64,000 nucleotides of DNA, taken from contig CBFFRP010000424.1 in NCBI GenBank assembly GCA_965644295.1, positions 122,611 to 186,610 on the forward strand. Reading direction: 5' to 3'. The translations under genes and the position numbers were made by a program. The notes under the pieces are model-generated. The model was not told the DNA's origin, made no database searches, and was given only the letters and a program-made list of their open reading frames with translations. Of the stretch, positions 1-12,541 are shown piece by piece (within the stretch, counting starts at the first letter, position 1; every line of letters starts with the position of its first letter). The stretch is from Paraphysomonas bandaiensis (lineage: Eukaryota > Protista > Chrysophyceae).

Positions 1-3000
1 CCCCTCTCTGATACGTTGTGGGCATGATGGTGCATCAATGTACGTGACATGGATGGCGTCAACGTCATCGGGGTCTACTGTGCATGTCATCGAAGTGTCA
101 GATCTGCAACACTATTTGTCTGCACAGTCAGTTGGTGGCGACATGGAATCCCCTCGACAAGCGCAGCGCTCGCACCCCTCAACATCTATAGCTCTCTCTA
201 CCTCTAATACTGGGTCGGACGATTCGGCAGCATATTCACATTACTTGCTTTTACATGATACTGCTGCACCATCTACATCCTCTCAATTGAGTACCAGCAG
301 CATGAGCGAAGGCGTAGGGAGCAATACAGGTATCCAGGCATCGTCTCTACTTTCAATATCTTCTGTCACTGCCAGCCGTGGAGCTTCCAGAGATATTACT
401 CTCGTTTTGCGCGGTAATTTGCCCTTGTTATATTGATCAGTAATACTCATTTCTTTTGCTATAGATGGGTCTCTGATATCCTGTAAACCACCAGTGGTCA
501 GCGCGCACCACCTCTTTACCACATTGCCACAGGCTGTATCGCAGGCACCCCTAGATCCTGTGCAGATACTTCTAAGAGGCGCGGCTGGCAAGGTTAGTGC
601 AAGTGATGATGTTAAGTTTACGCGTTGTAATATCATTGATTATAACGGGGATTCAGGCCACTGTTAAGGAATCATACTCCGCCTTGCTAGCTTCCAAGAC
701 TGGAGGTGGGAGTGGGCAATGCCATGGGGCTTTTTCGGACAATGATATGACTGTACTATCGTCATCTGCCTGCACAGCCAGTAGGCTCATAGTGGACTCA
801 GATGATTCTCATTCAGTCTCTTCGGCCCCCGCAAAATCCAGAGCTAGGCAGGACTCTAGTGTATTGGATCGGACTGCTGTCCTCCCCTCTGGGAGGAGTT
901 TGCACGAGAGACTGGAACGCCACACGCGTTTACTTGAAATCATGCAACAGATACTACTCTCTGCCCCAGGAGAGGAAGGCAACGAGGCCAGTGGAGGAGA
1001 CAGAATTATGCCTGCAGGGGTAGTCGAGAATCACAACTTACTGCTGGGAGCCGTGGTACTCTGTTCCCAGCTTCAGGAAATGCAGAGACAGGGTTCAAGT
1101 GATGTATCAGCCGACGGGACAAGTGATGTGGCCAGGCAGAATCTAATGAAAGCGGGAGAAACGGTCCTACTTGATGCTGTGCGGGAGGGAATGCGGGCGG
1201 AGGTAGAGGAGCGAGTACGTAGTGGCCAGCGTGATCTTTTAAAGGAGGGATGGTCTTTAGGGGATGTATTTTTCACCCAGGTACTATTTTTGAACGGTTA
1301 TATTGTCACCAATAGACTGTAACTCGTGTAACAGCCGTCTCGATTGTGCCAAGGCCTGTGCTCAATAGCGAAAGCTTTGCACGGGAAGTTTAAAGCCTTT
1401 TCACTCAGCACTGGAAGGCGGCCCCACAATACTCGAGGCATCGTCTCAGGACCAGCAGCACATGGGACTGGAGCGTCATCTTCACTCTCCTCATCCCAGC
1501 TCCTAACAGCGGCATACTGTCTTTGCTCTCTTCTCATGGGTGTAGTGCGCGCCCCTGTAGAGGCAGAAGGAGGTGAAGATGTGGAGGGGGATATGGAGGA
1601 CGATTGGAATGACGCCAGGCTTCTCTCTCTGGCACGTAGTTCTCATGTAAGTTCATACTGTTGCCTGTCATTGCCACAGATTACTTACAGCCTGTGCAGA
1701 CGCGCCGTGCAGTTCTTTTGGTGTTGGAAGTACTGCGATACTCTTGTGAGGATTGTCGTGAGCGCGGTACTGTGGAGGTCGGCGATATTATTAGGAGGAA
1801 GTGGGAGGGAAAGCGCGTATACGATCTGTGTTATGCGCTTTTAATGGTGCGTGACATTTGGCTCTTCATGTTGTTGTCATAACTAAAGCTTTTGTCCGTA
1901 CTATGTAGAGCCATGAGTTAAGTATTGCAGTCGGATCTGTACAGAGTATAAGCAAAAGCGAATTGAATTCTCTCGAGGACTTTCATTTGGCCAAGGTGCG
2001 TGGTACATGATTCATATTGAGTGGTTGACCTATGTGCCAGAATCGGGCTGGAGGTACTCTGGTTGCGTTCGGTCATGCAGAGGCCGTATTTTCACTGTCC
2101 GTGCGCTTCCAGTGGTTTGAGGGCATTGTTAAGTCTTCCCTAGACATGGACCCCATGTCGTTACGCCCTAAACTACAGCGTCTTCTCACTGAGATGGCCG
2201 ATACAAGTGGAACTGTTGATCCTTTTCCCACTACCCTAGAGCTGGGCGAGTTCTGCTTAAATTGGCTTGAAGAACAGGGCAGGCTAGTAGAGTTGCTACG
2301 GGTAGGAAAGTACGCCCCAGTTCATATGGATAAATTTCTCAAGGTTAGTGTTTTGTTACTTCGCGTGATACGTCGTGTAAAGCTCGTTTATGTAGACGAG
2401 ACCTTACATCGGATGGCTTCGGGCTCTTGAGGAGAAGAAGTATGCTTTGGGTGCTGAAGCCACACTCGAACATTGCGCTGCTCCACAACCTGAAAAGCTA
2501 ACTACTCCCTCTCTATCCACAAAAAAAACTCTGTTGAGTATAGGGAAGCTGTGTGCTTGGGCTGGTGTCATGGAGGCAAGTGACCAAATCACTTGTGGAG
2601 AAAATGGGGGCCTCGAGACAATTGAGCGACTTGACACTGCACTTCTGCTTGTAAGGGCGGCTGAGTGTCTACGGAAAAGACTGGGTAGCAATGACAGGTA
2701 TGTACTAGGTATGCTACTTTTTGTACATTGACGTTATATATGAACAGGGTTGACAAGGGTTTTTCGGAGCCCAAATCTGCCGTATCATCATTACTAGATG
2801 CAGTCGATACATCGGATGATGATTCGGTGGAGAATCTGGCTGACAGTGCCCTACCTATTGCCCTTAGACTTCTGTTAATATCCTTCTCATCAGACAACGA
2901 CCCGTCGCTGTCAAAACTCCTCCGGAGAATATGGCGGGCAGCGGTCTCTGCTGAAATGTCATTGTGGATAAGCGTTGCTGCAACCTCTATCGAAAGTCGC

Positions 3001-3246
3001 CAGGAACTGCAAATGAGAAAAACTCTCGTCTACAGATTGCTTAGAGAGACTATCGCATATAGTGCGGAGACGGCGAAAATTGATACAGGTGGTTTGGAAG
3101 TTGAGAATCTGCCTGCAGTTGCGTGGTGCCTAAATAGCATACATGGTGACGAAGACATCGTTCCAGCTGATAAATTCGACGACACATTAACAAGGAAGCA
3201 GATGATGGTAACGATTAGGAAGTGCGCAGGCATAGCTTGTCATTAG
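1..3246 (+). CDS. NUP133: Nuclear pore protein Nup133-like, 5'-partial, multi-exon
   Basis: ORF pieces 38-436, 597-1322, 1344-1844, 2032-2430, 2447-2731 and 2728-3246 join through short GT-AG introns (e.g. 414-464). The spliced C-terminal part, FCLNWLEEQGRLVELL...RPYIGWLRALEEKKY...KKTLLSIGKL, resembles the Nup133 C-terminal helical domain. Stop TAG at 3244-3246. Confidence 0.7.
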
Positions 3247-3609
3247 ATTTCCAGGTAACTTTGAGTTGGAAATAGAGTAGGATAATATGTCCACGAGTAT
3301 GTGGCTAGTGCTGACACGAATTGCTGTCGGCACGACAATAATATTAAAACATCCCGGGATAGTAGCGTTGCGTTATCATGCTTGAATAAGAATCAAATTT
3401 ATTAACCTTAGACTCTACGCTAGTCGTGCTACGACAATATATCCAGCAGTCAAACAAATAAAGACACATGGCTTGTGATTTAGCTCAAGCAAATCAGTAC
3501 ATGTTAACAATACTGTTAAGGCTTTTAATAATACCCTACTGGCTTTCGCGGTATGAAGCCTACTGTGCTTGATGCTATACTTTTTGTAAGCAGGCCTAGG
3601 AGACATGTA

Positions 3610-4449
3610 TATTGAAAGTCTTATTATTAGCAATAGGCGTTAAAAACCTGCACCAACTTAGTAGCTAGATGAATGCTAGACAATCTAGTTAGACCTCTAC
3701 CTGTAACTAATCAGTACACACTTTTTTATCCTACTATTTAACGCTACGGAAGCTGCTTGTGCGTCGCCGCAAGCACCAAGGTGCGACCACTTCCACTCTG
3801 AGTTCTTAAGGTGAACATCCCGGATGTGTTGAGTTCTGCAATATGATGTGATATATATTGTGCAATTGAAGTGAGTTAACAGTGTGCAATAGGTAAAGTC
3901 AACTCATAGGTGTAACGGGTGATTATATAGTTACAAAGGAATTAAATTCAGTTACTGATGTGTGACTATACAAGATATAGAACTGACTGATGAACATATG
4001 ATAAACAGATGTTGCTAAGAACAGATGTTTCAACATATGTTACACGAATATGTAGTGGAGTGTTCAGAATAATAATCATAATTTCTTACTTGAAAGTGCA
4101 TTGTGTTCAACATAGCAAGGTTAAGGTTTACGTGTAGAGCAAAGAGGTAACTTCAGTGAAATGTCCAATTCGAACAGGATGCTTGACTTCAGCAGGCAGC
4201 CCGATACCTCGGTTACCCTTGAGGTGGGCCCATTCCCGGATGCCTGTTTAATTCGTCAGGGCCCAAAGACATCTACACAAGTGACACTTATTGGTGTCCC
4301 TTGTACCACACAAGCATTCTGCTATGAGTGGGCAGAAGAATATCTGCTGACTATGTTTGCGGCTCACGTTAGTTTCCCAGAGAGAGAATCTCTCCGGTAC
4401 TTATCCCCCATAACACCACGAAAAGGTGCGAGTCCGACTTTGTTGAGGG
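3610..4449 (-). mobile_element. Non-autonomous ~490-bp retroposon (copy A), interrupted by a solo LTR
   Basis: Colinear with 19019-19506 and 48577-49117 once 3827-4176 is removed. Shared termini CCCTCAACAAAGTCG...GACTTTCAATA on the minus strand. Confidence 0.85.
3827..4176. mobile_element. Solo LTR (350 bp) with 5-bp TSD
   Basis: Begins TGTTGAG and ends TCGAACA (TGTT...AACA). Flanked by GGATG at 3822-3826 and 4177-4181. A homologous copy lies at 48418-49396. Confidence 0.85.
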
Positions 4450-5111
4450 CTATGGAAACAATAATATTGGTAGAGATTTTAAACAGGCTCAACAATACAA
4501 TTACAATATATTGAAATATTATATTAGCATGACTAATCAGTATATAAACAAATCCGTAGATTCATTTTTTGTCATTAAGATCACAACATGACAACCGAAC
4601 CCACTACTGCTTATAGCTAATAAAATTCCACCTCGTTCTCATCCTCTGAGCCATCATCGGTGACGTCACGTCAACATCACCATATTCATCCAAAATTAAT
4701 TGAAATATGCTTGCATCCGGCCACAACTATCAATTAGCTTTCAGAAACAACAGCATATAAAAATAAATGTATAGTAGGATGCATACTCTTGCGCAACACT
4801 GATATAATAAGTTTAGCTGCGCTGAACAGGCGTTCACATGTATTGAAAGTACATACTACATGACTCATGCACCTGTACTTAGATATTTCAACTCTTCGTT
4901 TCTTAATATTTTGAGCTGACTGAAGAATTTTTTCCAACGTCAGCTTCATCATCCTCTGCATCAAGGATAAAGCAGATTTGAGGTTACTGCAACGGTCGGC
5001 TGCAATTAAAAACAGCAAAGGAACCTCGCTGACTCGATTGAGGTGCCCTACACGACAAAGCACAAACCACTGTGAGTAACACCGATGGAGTGTGATAATT
5101 GTTGTCTCCAC
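4450..5111 (-). mobile_element. hAT DNA transposon 3' remnant (transposase dimerisation-domain pseudogene plus right end)
   Basis: ORF 4734-5111 contains CERLFSAAKLIISVLRKSM, the hAT C-terminal dimerisation motif. Bases 4460-4690 are the reverse complement of the interior of the MITE at 13275-13766. TIR-like AGGGCTATGGAAACAATA at ~4446-4463. Confidence 0.75.
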
Positions 5112-5699
5112 ATAGACTCAATAACTCGGTGGGTGCAAGCTACAGAAGCCAACTACTATCTACATCATTATCACACGGTATTTAGCGCTGAACATGCAGT
5201 GAGAACCCGGGTGGGGAAGCGCTGAACTGAAAGTAATGTGTACATAGGTAGAGGTGCGTGGTGGCAACACTCAGCCGCACTCACTAGAGGGCCGCACGCA
5301 GTGATTAGTTACGCTGTCAATATGGGGTAACAACGATATTGATGGTCGTACTGATAGACTTAAGTCATTGTATTTAAGGCCGCAAATAGTTAGAAACAAA
5401 GTAGGTTCGAGTAGAGGGAAAAGACTGGTGGAAGCTATACTTATGTTGCTCATGATGGTCAATGGGTTGACAGTGGGAGTATAAGGGCAGGTAATGTGGT
5501 TGCTGGTAAGCAAAAACGCGCTTCTATTACATCTTATAATTATAAAACTTAAATGTTACTAAAATTAACATTTTTTATAGTCTCTTTGTTTAATACTACT
5601 ACCAGAATAGTTCTTTAAACATTTCTACTTATAAATACTGTAAATACTCCATAATTTCCCCAAAGTATCGTAATATTTCCACATTGAATAATGTTTACT

Positions 5700-5987
5700 T
5701 TAGGAATGATCTAAAACCTCATCCAACATCCTGATCCCACGCGCGACCCTGCGGATTCTTACCCTAAAGGACGCCCCCCTGACTAACAAAGCATTAACCT
5801 CGACTGACTCCTGTCCTCGACTAACCCTCCACACACATTCAAGAGCATAAGTGGTCGCACCTTCGTGCTTGCGGTGGCGCACAAACAACTTTCGTAGCGC
5901 TAGGTAGTAGGTTGCTAGACTTTGTACTTGTTAGTTTATAGTAGACGTTAGCTTAGCGCATCTAGGAGCTATTGCTAATAAACAGAC
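5700..5987 (+). mobile_element. 3' end of a LINE-like element sharing the structured tail motif
   Basis: A/C-rich coding-like stretch, then AAGTGGTCGCACCTTCGTGCTTGCGGTGGCGCAC...GTAGCGCTAGGTAGTAGG...CTATTGCTAATAAACAGAC, a diverged version of the retroposon tail. Confidence 0.6.
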
Positions 5988-6404
5988 ATTACACACATCT
6001 TATATTAAGAGGAATCCTAATACTTTTTATCTATCTTCGCTTTTTTCGAACTTGTATCTAGTCATATCAATATACAATTAACAAAGACTGTAGTGAAACC
6101 AGGTATTTTATATTTTATGAACTTAGTGACAACAATTACTATTGTCTGAATATATATGCTGATGACTGTTTACTATTTATTATAATCGTAGTAGTAATCA
6201 ACCGGAAGTCAAGTTAATTACGTTTTCAGTTACTTACTTCTAAGCTTAAAGATATCAAATCTTGATATCACATCATTATTATAAAATCCACTTTTCAATA
6301 ATAAATCCGAACCGAATGCTGCCAACAATAATATTCCAAGCAAAAAATTAATAAGTGATTTCCAATTGATGCTCTAATTTGCGAATAACCGACATGCTAA
6401 TGGC

Positions 6405-7166
6405 TTATGGTAGTCTTCGTAATATCAACTCCATGTTACGTTGCATATCATTACGAATCTCCCCCATGTTATGTTGCATATCATTACGCATCTCCCCCAT
6501 GTTATGTTGCAACTCGGCAATATCATGTCGCATTTCCCCCATGTTATGTTGCAACTCGGCAATATCATGTCGCATTTCCCCCACGCTATGCTGCAACGCC
6601 CCAATATCATGCCGCATTTTCCCCATACTATGCTGCAACGATCCTATATTGTCTTGCATGCATCGTATCTGAGGGCAACATGAGTTGTATTATATTAAAG
6701 GATGTTATGATAATAATATGGGAAATACCGTATGATAAGAAGTAATAGCATTGACTCCTACCATATAATCGGCTCCTATATTACACTGCCGTGCCACTTC
6801 AGTGAAAATGAGTGCTATCAACTCATCTGACGCTTCCGGACATGAATTACGAATTTCTGAAAGTTTTGTTATTCGTAACAACAAATTACGCATACATCAC
6901 ATACTCATGCTCACTGCACTCTTTATGGTGGCTGACAGATTAGTATATAAGGAGATCTCTGAGCTTCTGAAATGCGTTCTCTGGGTATCTATCATGCGGT
7001 GTAACGCATTGATATCATCATCCGATAAATGTAGAAAGATCGCATTCACAAACTCATTCGTCACTTGTCGAACTCTATCGTCAGGTTGCTGATCTCTATC
7101 GTCTGGTTGCTGATCTCTATCGTCAGGCATATCCTCTGCTCTACGTCTAACTCTACGTCCAGGCAT
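6405..7166 (-). CDS. Hypothetical protein with C-terminal heptad (coiled-coil) repeats, 2 introns
   Basis: ATG at 7166 (MPGRRVRR). Two in-frame GT-AG introns (48 nt over the TGA at 6897; 60 nt at 6669-6728) join the three same-frame ORFs. Repeats PDDRDQQ and HNMGEMRHDIAELQ. Confidence 0.6.
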
Positions 7167-7402
7167 TCTCCTCCTCTTAAGGGGTGGGTTGTGTGTATTG
7201 TGACTATGACTGGTAACATATACATATCTCTGTCCACGGGTCGAGCCATACGACATACATGTGGATACTTCATACTGACCCTTCAAGATACCAGGTTGAC
7301 CTGAAGTCAAATCAATGACCTCCACAGCAACACACTTCATCGTATTGAGAAACTGCACAGAGTGGAGTGTATATGCTTCCGTCCAAGCCCACACCAACGG
7401 AC

Positions 7403-7524
7403 ACATACATACATACATACATACATACATACATACATACATACATACATACATACATACATACATACATACATACATACATACATACATACATACATAC
7501 ATACATACATACATACATACATAC

Positions 7525-7555
<31 letters not shown>

Positions 7556-7965
7556 CATACATACATACATACAGGCATACATACATACATACATACATAC
7601 ATACATACATACATACATACATACATACATACATACATACATACATACATACATACATACATACATACATACATACATACATACATACATACATACATAC
7701 ATACATACATACATACATACATACATACATACATACATACATACATACATACATACATACATACATACATACATACATACATACATACATACATACAGGC
7801 ATACATACATACATACATACATACATACATACATACATACATACATACATACATACATACATACATACATACATACATACATACATACATACATACATAC
7901 ATACATACATACATACATACATACATACATACATACATACATACATACATACATACATACATACA

Positions 7966-7999
<34 letters not shown>

Positions 8000-8622
8000 C
8001 ATACATACATACATACATACATACATACATACATACATACATACATACATACATACATACATACATACAGGCATACATACATACATACATACATACATAC
8101 ATACATACATACATACATACATACATACATACATACATACATACATACATACATACATACATACATACATACATACATACATACATACAACATACATACA
8201 TACATACATACATACATACATACATACATACATACATACATACATACATACATACATACATACATACATACATACATACATACATACATACATACATACA
8301 TACAGGCATACATACATACATACATACATACATACATACATACATACATACATACATACATACATACATACATACATACATACATACATACATACATACA
8401 TACATACATACATACATACATACATACATACATACATACATACATACATACATACATACATACATACATACATACATACATACATACATACATACATACA
8501 TACATACATACATACATACATACATACATACATACATACATACATACATACATACATACATACATACATACATACATACATACATACATACATACATACA
8601 TACAGGCATACATACATACATA
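7403..8622. repeat. (ATAC)n microsatellite, ~1.2 kb
   Basis: Directly visible. Interrupted by AGGC variants with GG at 7574, 7798, 8070, 8305 and 8605. Confidence 0.99.
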
Positions 8623-8865
8623 TGTCCTAATCTAGATATGGGATGATGTGATATCTTCTGAGGTCATGTGTGTGTAGATATCTGGATCTTCTCCCAGACG
8701 CAGACACTATTAAAGTAATTATGTGTATATGTGTGTATGAAGTTGTCAGCGTGTGTGTGGGTGGGTGTATGTGTTGTTGTGTTTGTATTCGAAGTGTTGA
8801 ATATTTGTCATGTTTAGTGATATTCTTTCATGTTATGTTCATATCTTCATATACACACATACACA

Positions 8866-10970
8866 ATGAGCTCACAGACAAATACCATTGAATGGAAGCA
8901 TCTGAAGTGCTCTGTGTCCCGCGAGTTTGTCGGGGGTAGAGCTGTGAGGACTGTCCTCAATAGAGTGTCTGGTCGTTCTTGTGCGCAGTTGACAGCAGTG
9001 ATTGGCCCTTCAGGATGCGGGTGATTCACACTCATGATCATACACTCATGTGGGACTAATGAATTAACAGGAAGTCGCTGTTACTCAACTGTTTGTCTGG
9101 TCGTCTCCCGAGATCTCGGTCCACTGAATTCACTGGTAGTATTCTCGTCAATGGCACATCTGCTTCATCTGGAGAATTAGCACTATGCAGCAGATACGTC
9201 AGTAGTGAGGTACATTGTATATACGCACATCTACTTTGCTTTATATTCACCAGGACAACGTACTGCCTTACCTCTCTGTGTGGGAGACGTTGTGCTTCGC
9301 CGCACTCTTCACCCTTTCCTACAAGGAGGCCAGACAAGCCACTCGGGAAGCGATCTACGCACTTGGCCTTGGAAGAATACAAGACTCAATGGTGAGCTGT
9401 GTGTCTACTGGAGAAGCTAGACAGATATCTATAGCGGCTGCAGTGGTTACGAAGCCCCCTTTCCTTTTCTTGGATGAACCTACCAGAGGAATAGATGCAC
9501 ATGCTAGCCAGTGTGTATTGGAAATGTTGCGCGGACTTGCTCACCGAGGAACTGTTGTTATATGTGCTGTTCACCAACCGAGGTATGTGCTATGGGTTTG
9601 TTCATAGTTTCCTTTGATAGTATTGTTTATTCACAGGAGTTCTATGTTCCCACTCGTAGACAATTTAATAGTTTTGTCTGAAGGAATGACAGTTTACTGC
9701 GCCCCCCCTACTGCCGCACTAACTTACCTGTCTTCGCTAGGTTTCCTTTGTCCAGATCGACTGAGTCCCTTTGAATTCCTCATTGATTTGGTGGCAGTAG
9801 ATTACACAGACACGGCAACTAGTGCAGTAGCGGCTAAGGCACAGGGACGAGTTGCTCAATTGGCAAGCAGCTGGGTTTTGCATTGTCGTCGTACAGAACA
9901 CGCTACCACACTAACATCTCCGACAGGAGTTTGTGTTACTCCTGGAAATGCCTGTATTTTTAGGGGTCTAGGTGTTTTAATGATGAGGTGGGGAAAGGGC
10001 GTAGGTCGAGGAGAGGGAGGACTGAAGATCAGAGCGACGATGTTGTTGTTTGTTGCAATTATGGGGTCTTTGCTGGCAGGTGGAGGTGATGCAGCGTGGT
10101 ACTCTCACAGCAATTTACTGATTCCCGGAATGCTTTTTCTTTTGGTTTTTGGGCAGGTTTAGAAAATTTAGATGTCTGTTTTTCCTTGAGACTTGTCTAT
10201 AGTGCATGCTAGCGGGCTTATCTACAATATTGGATTCGAGTGTGAAGCATCGAGTAGCACATGAGGAGATGCGCACAGGAATATACCCTACATTCACTTT
10301 CGTAGTCGCAACGCTTTTATGTGAGAGTACAGAAGCTATCTCGCTAATTGGTACTACGCATATGCTCCCAAAACTATTTTCCTTCTTACTTCGCCTCGTA
10401 TGCAGCACTGTTATCGTCCATTGTGTATTGGTGGCTAGGATTAGGTAGACCGTACGCAATTGACTTCTTGGTATTTCTTGGGGTGTCTTGTCTGAATACA
10501 ATGAGCGGTGTTGCACTTGGACTACTTGTGCGATCGTTTTGCTGGTATTCTTCCCGCAAGGAGGCCTGCACAACTTTTCTCGCAATTTTATCGCTCATGG
10601 TAGTTGTTAGTGGATACCCGATTCATTTACATAAAGTCCCTGAAATCTCGCACTGGATCTCCTTCATATCTGTGATACGATGGGGGTTTCAGGTGGGAGT
10701 AAGCGGTCGTATAGCTAAGTTTCTTGTGATATCGTGTTGCAGGCCTTCATGACTAATTCTTTCCAGAGATCAACTTCCAATGCAGACGCTGAACTTATTC
10801 TCGAGGTGTACAGCTTTCAGGTCGTATTCATGCAATTTCCTCTCCTTCGTATATCACCATATTTCCAGGAGTACAGCACTGCGCAGGCATCCACTGCTCT
10901 TGCTGTCCTTGTGGTTGTGATCAGCACTCTATCGGCGATGCTTCTTCACCATATTACCAGAATCAAGTAA
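8866..10970 (+). CDS. ABCG (White-family) half transporter, multi-exon
   Basis: Walker A GPSGCG|KS split by an intron, Walker B FLFLDEPT, H-loop HQPR, then hydrophobic ABC2 membrane helices (SWISFISVIRWGFQ-type motif). About 7 GT-AG introns. Confidence 0.9.
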
Positions 10971-11848
10971 GTTATTGTTATTCCATCATAGACCTCAGTG
11001 ACATTTTGTTGTAGCTATACGCCAGTTTCAGCTGATAATGGTGACGATGATGTGGTCTTGCACCTCTTCTCCTCTGAATCTGCTCGCCGATTGATGGGAA
11101 GCAATGCAGTTCACGTCCCTAGCAGCACGCCGCAACCAGTCCCACAAGTGGCGACGGAAGACAATATTTAACTTCTGTGGTTTTGAGCAATATATGAATA
11201 TACGATTGAGTACCATAGAATATAATACGTCTAGCTTTTAGCAGCGCCGAACTATTTTATATAGAAAGTTCCAATATTAATTGTTGAATTTACATTATTA
11301 CTTATTCCAAGAGTATTTGGAAGAATCTTATTATCTCGTCAAGCATTTATAATAAGTAGTTTATCCTCAATATCTGATATTGGATTCCTGCTGTCGTCAA
11401 TGAGATACGTACAAAACAAATGTATGACTAATACTACTTGTCGTAAACAGTTACAATATAGAAATTCATTTAGTGCTAGTCACATAGCTAGTTATAGCAA
11501 CTGTATGTTATGTGAGGTATGACCGCATCTGTGCCCTTCATATGGACACAAGCTGCTGCACGCAGCCATACTATACACATGCAGCGCTATACGGTATACG
11601 TTTATATACAGCAGTATCATTAATCAAACAATAATAAAAAACTGAAACTAACCCATCTATCTAAACGGTTCAAGATATCAGGGAAGATCAGTCAAAACTT
11701 CCATTATTAGCCAATCAAAACCCGCCGCGTGGTAGTTGAAGTCAACGTCAGCGAATGTTAGTATTCTGGATGGTATCTTTTTATCTTTCGAGGATCCGAC
11801 AGAGATCATAATTCCAGAACTAACAGACATATTCATACGATTGGAAAG

Positions 11849-12541
11849 ATGAGCACGGCAGAGGAACGTAGACAGAGGAGATTGGCCCACAATGCGAAGA
11901 GGTACGCAGGTACCTACCGGGCCATCCCTAAGCTTGAATGGGAGACTCTAGTGGCCAATAACTTTAACAATCCTGACTGGGCTGCTTTGTACCCTATCAA
12001 CGCAAAGGGATCTCCTGCTGGTCTACTATCTCCCAGGATGGCCTGTAAGCTGTTCTATGACGGAGTGTTTATCATCGAGAAGAGTGAGGAGAGCCCCAAA
12101 TATCTACAGGATAAGATTCCTGAGGCTGCGCACAAGTTCTATAAAAAGAAGCAGTGGCGTAAGCAGCTCTTGGAGAGCGCTCGTCGTGTGTGCTGCCGTC
12201 TGGCCAAGGGAAAAGGATTCTCACCCAACTGCACTGCCGAAGAGCTCTTTGTGCATGTGTTGCTTCAGAACGCCGTTGAGCTCGGATGGAACCGCTGCCG
12301 AGACCAATGGGAGGAACTGCCGGAGACGGATAAGGACCGTGATTTCAACCGTGTGGCGCGTATGGCTTCCAACGACGAGATCTCTGCCCTTTACCGTGGA
12401 GAGAGCGTGTCGGACTCCACTCGGTTTAAGGAGTACTTCAAAGCCGGCAACTCTTCAGAGTCTGCTATGACAGACCACTTCCTGTATGATATTGACCTAT
12501 CTGCCTTCACCGGGGATGATGACGACGAGGACGACTCTTAA
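11849..12541 (+). CDS. Intronless hypothetical protein, 230 aa
   Basis: Clean ORF with GC-rich third positions and an acidic C-terminus. CCAAT box (AGCCAATC) at ~11709-11716 upstream. Confidence 0.8.
   Translation: MSTAEERRQRRLAHNAKRYAGTYRAIPKLEWETLVANNFNNPDWAALYPINAKGSPAGLLSPRMACKLFYDGVFIIEKSEESPKYLQDKIPEAAHKFYKKKQWRKQLLESARRVCCRLAKGKGFSPNCTAEELFVHVLLQNAVELGWNRCRDQWEELPETDKDRDFNRVARMASNDEISALYRGESVSDSTRFKEYFKAGNSSESAMTDHFLYDIDLSAFTGDDDDEDDS

Noticed and set aside
4161-4514. ORFs inside retroposon copies (4161-4514, 19022-19210, 48791-48973, 60009-60308)
   Set aside because: Frames are not conserved between copies. They are chance ORFs in a non-coding repeat.
6430-6640. Regularly spaced repeats (also 53592-53945 and 42193-42255) as CRISPR-like arrays
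   Set aside because: Tandem repeats without unique spacers, no cas genes, eukaryotic context.
6894-6899. In-frame TGA between same-frame ORFs, suggesting readthrough, selenocysteine or a variant genetic code
   Set aside because: It lies inside a 48-nt GT-AG intron (GTATGTGA...TTTCAG). Other genes use TAA, TAG and TGA as normal stops.
6897-8646. Long ORFs (MYVC/HTYI repeats) in all six frames, likewise at 34116-34592
   Set aside because: Artefacts of the stop-free (ATAC)n microsatellite.
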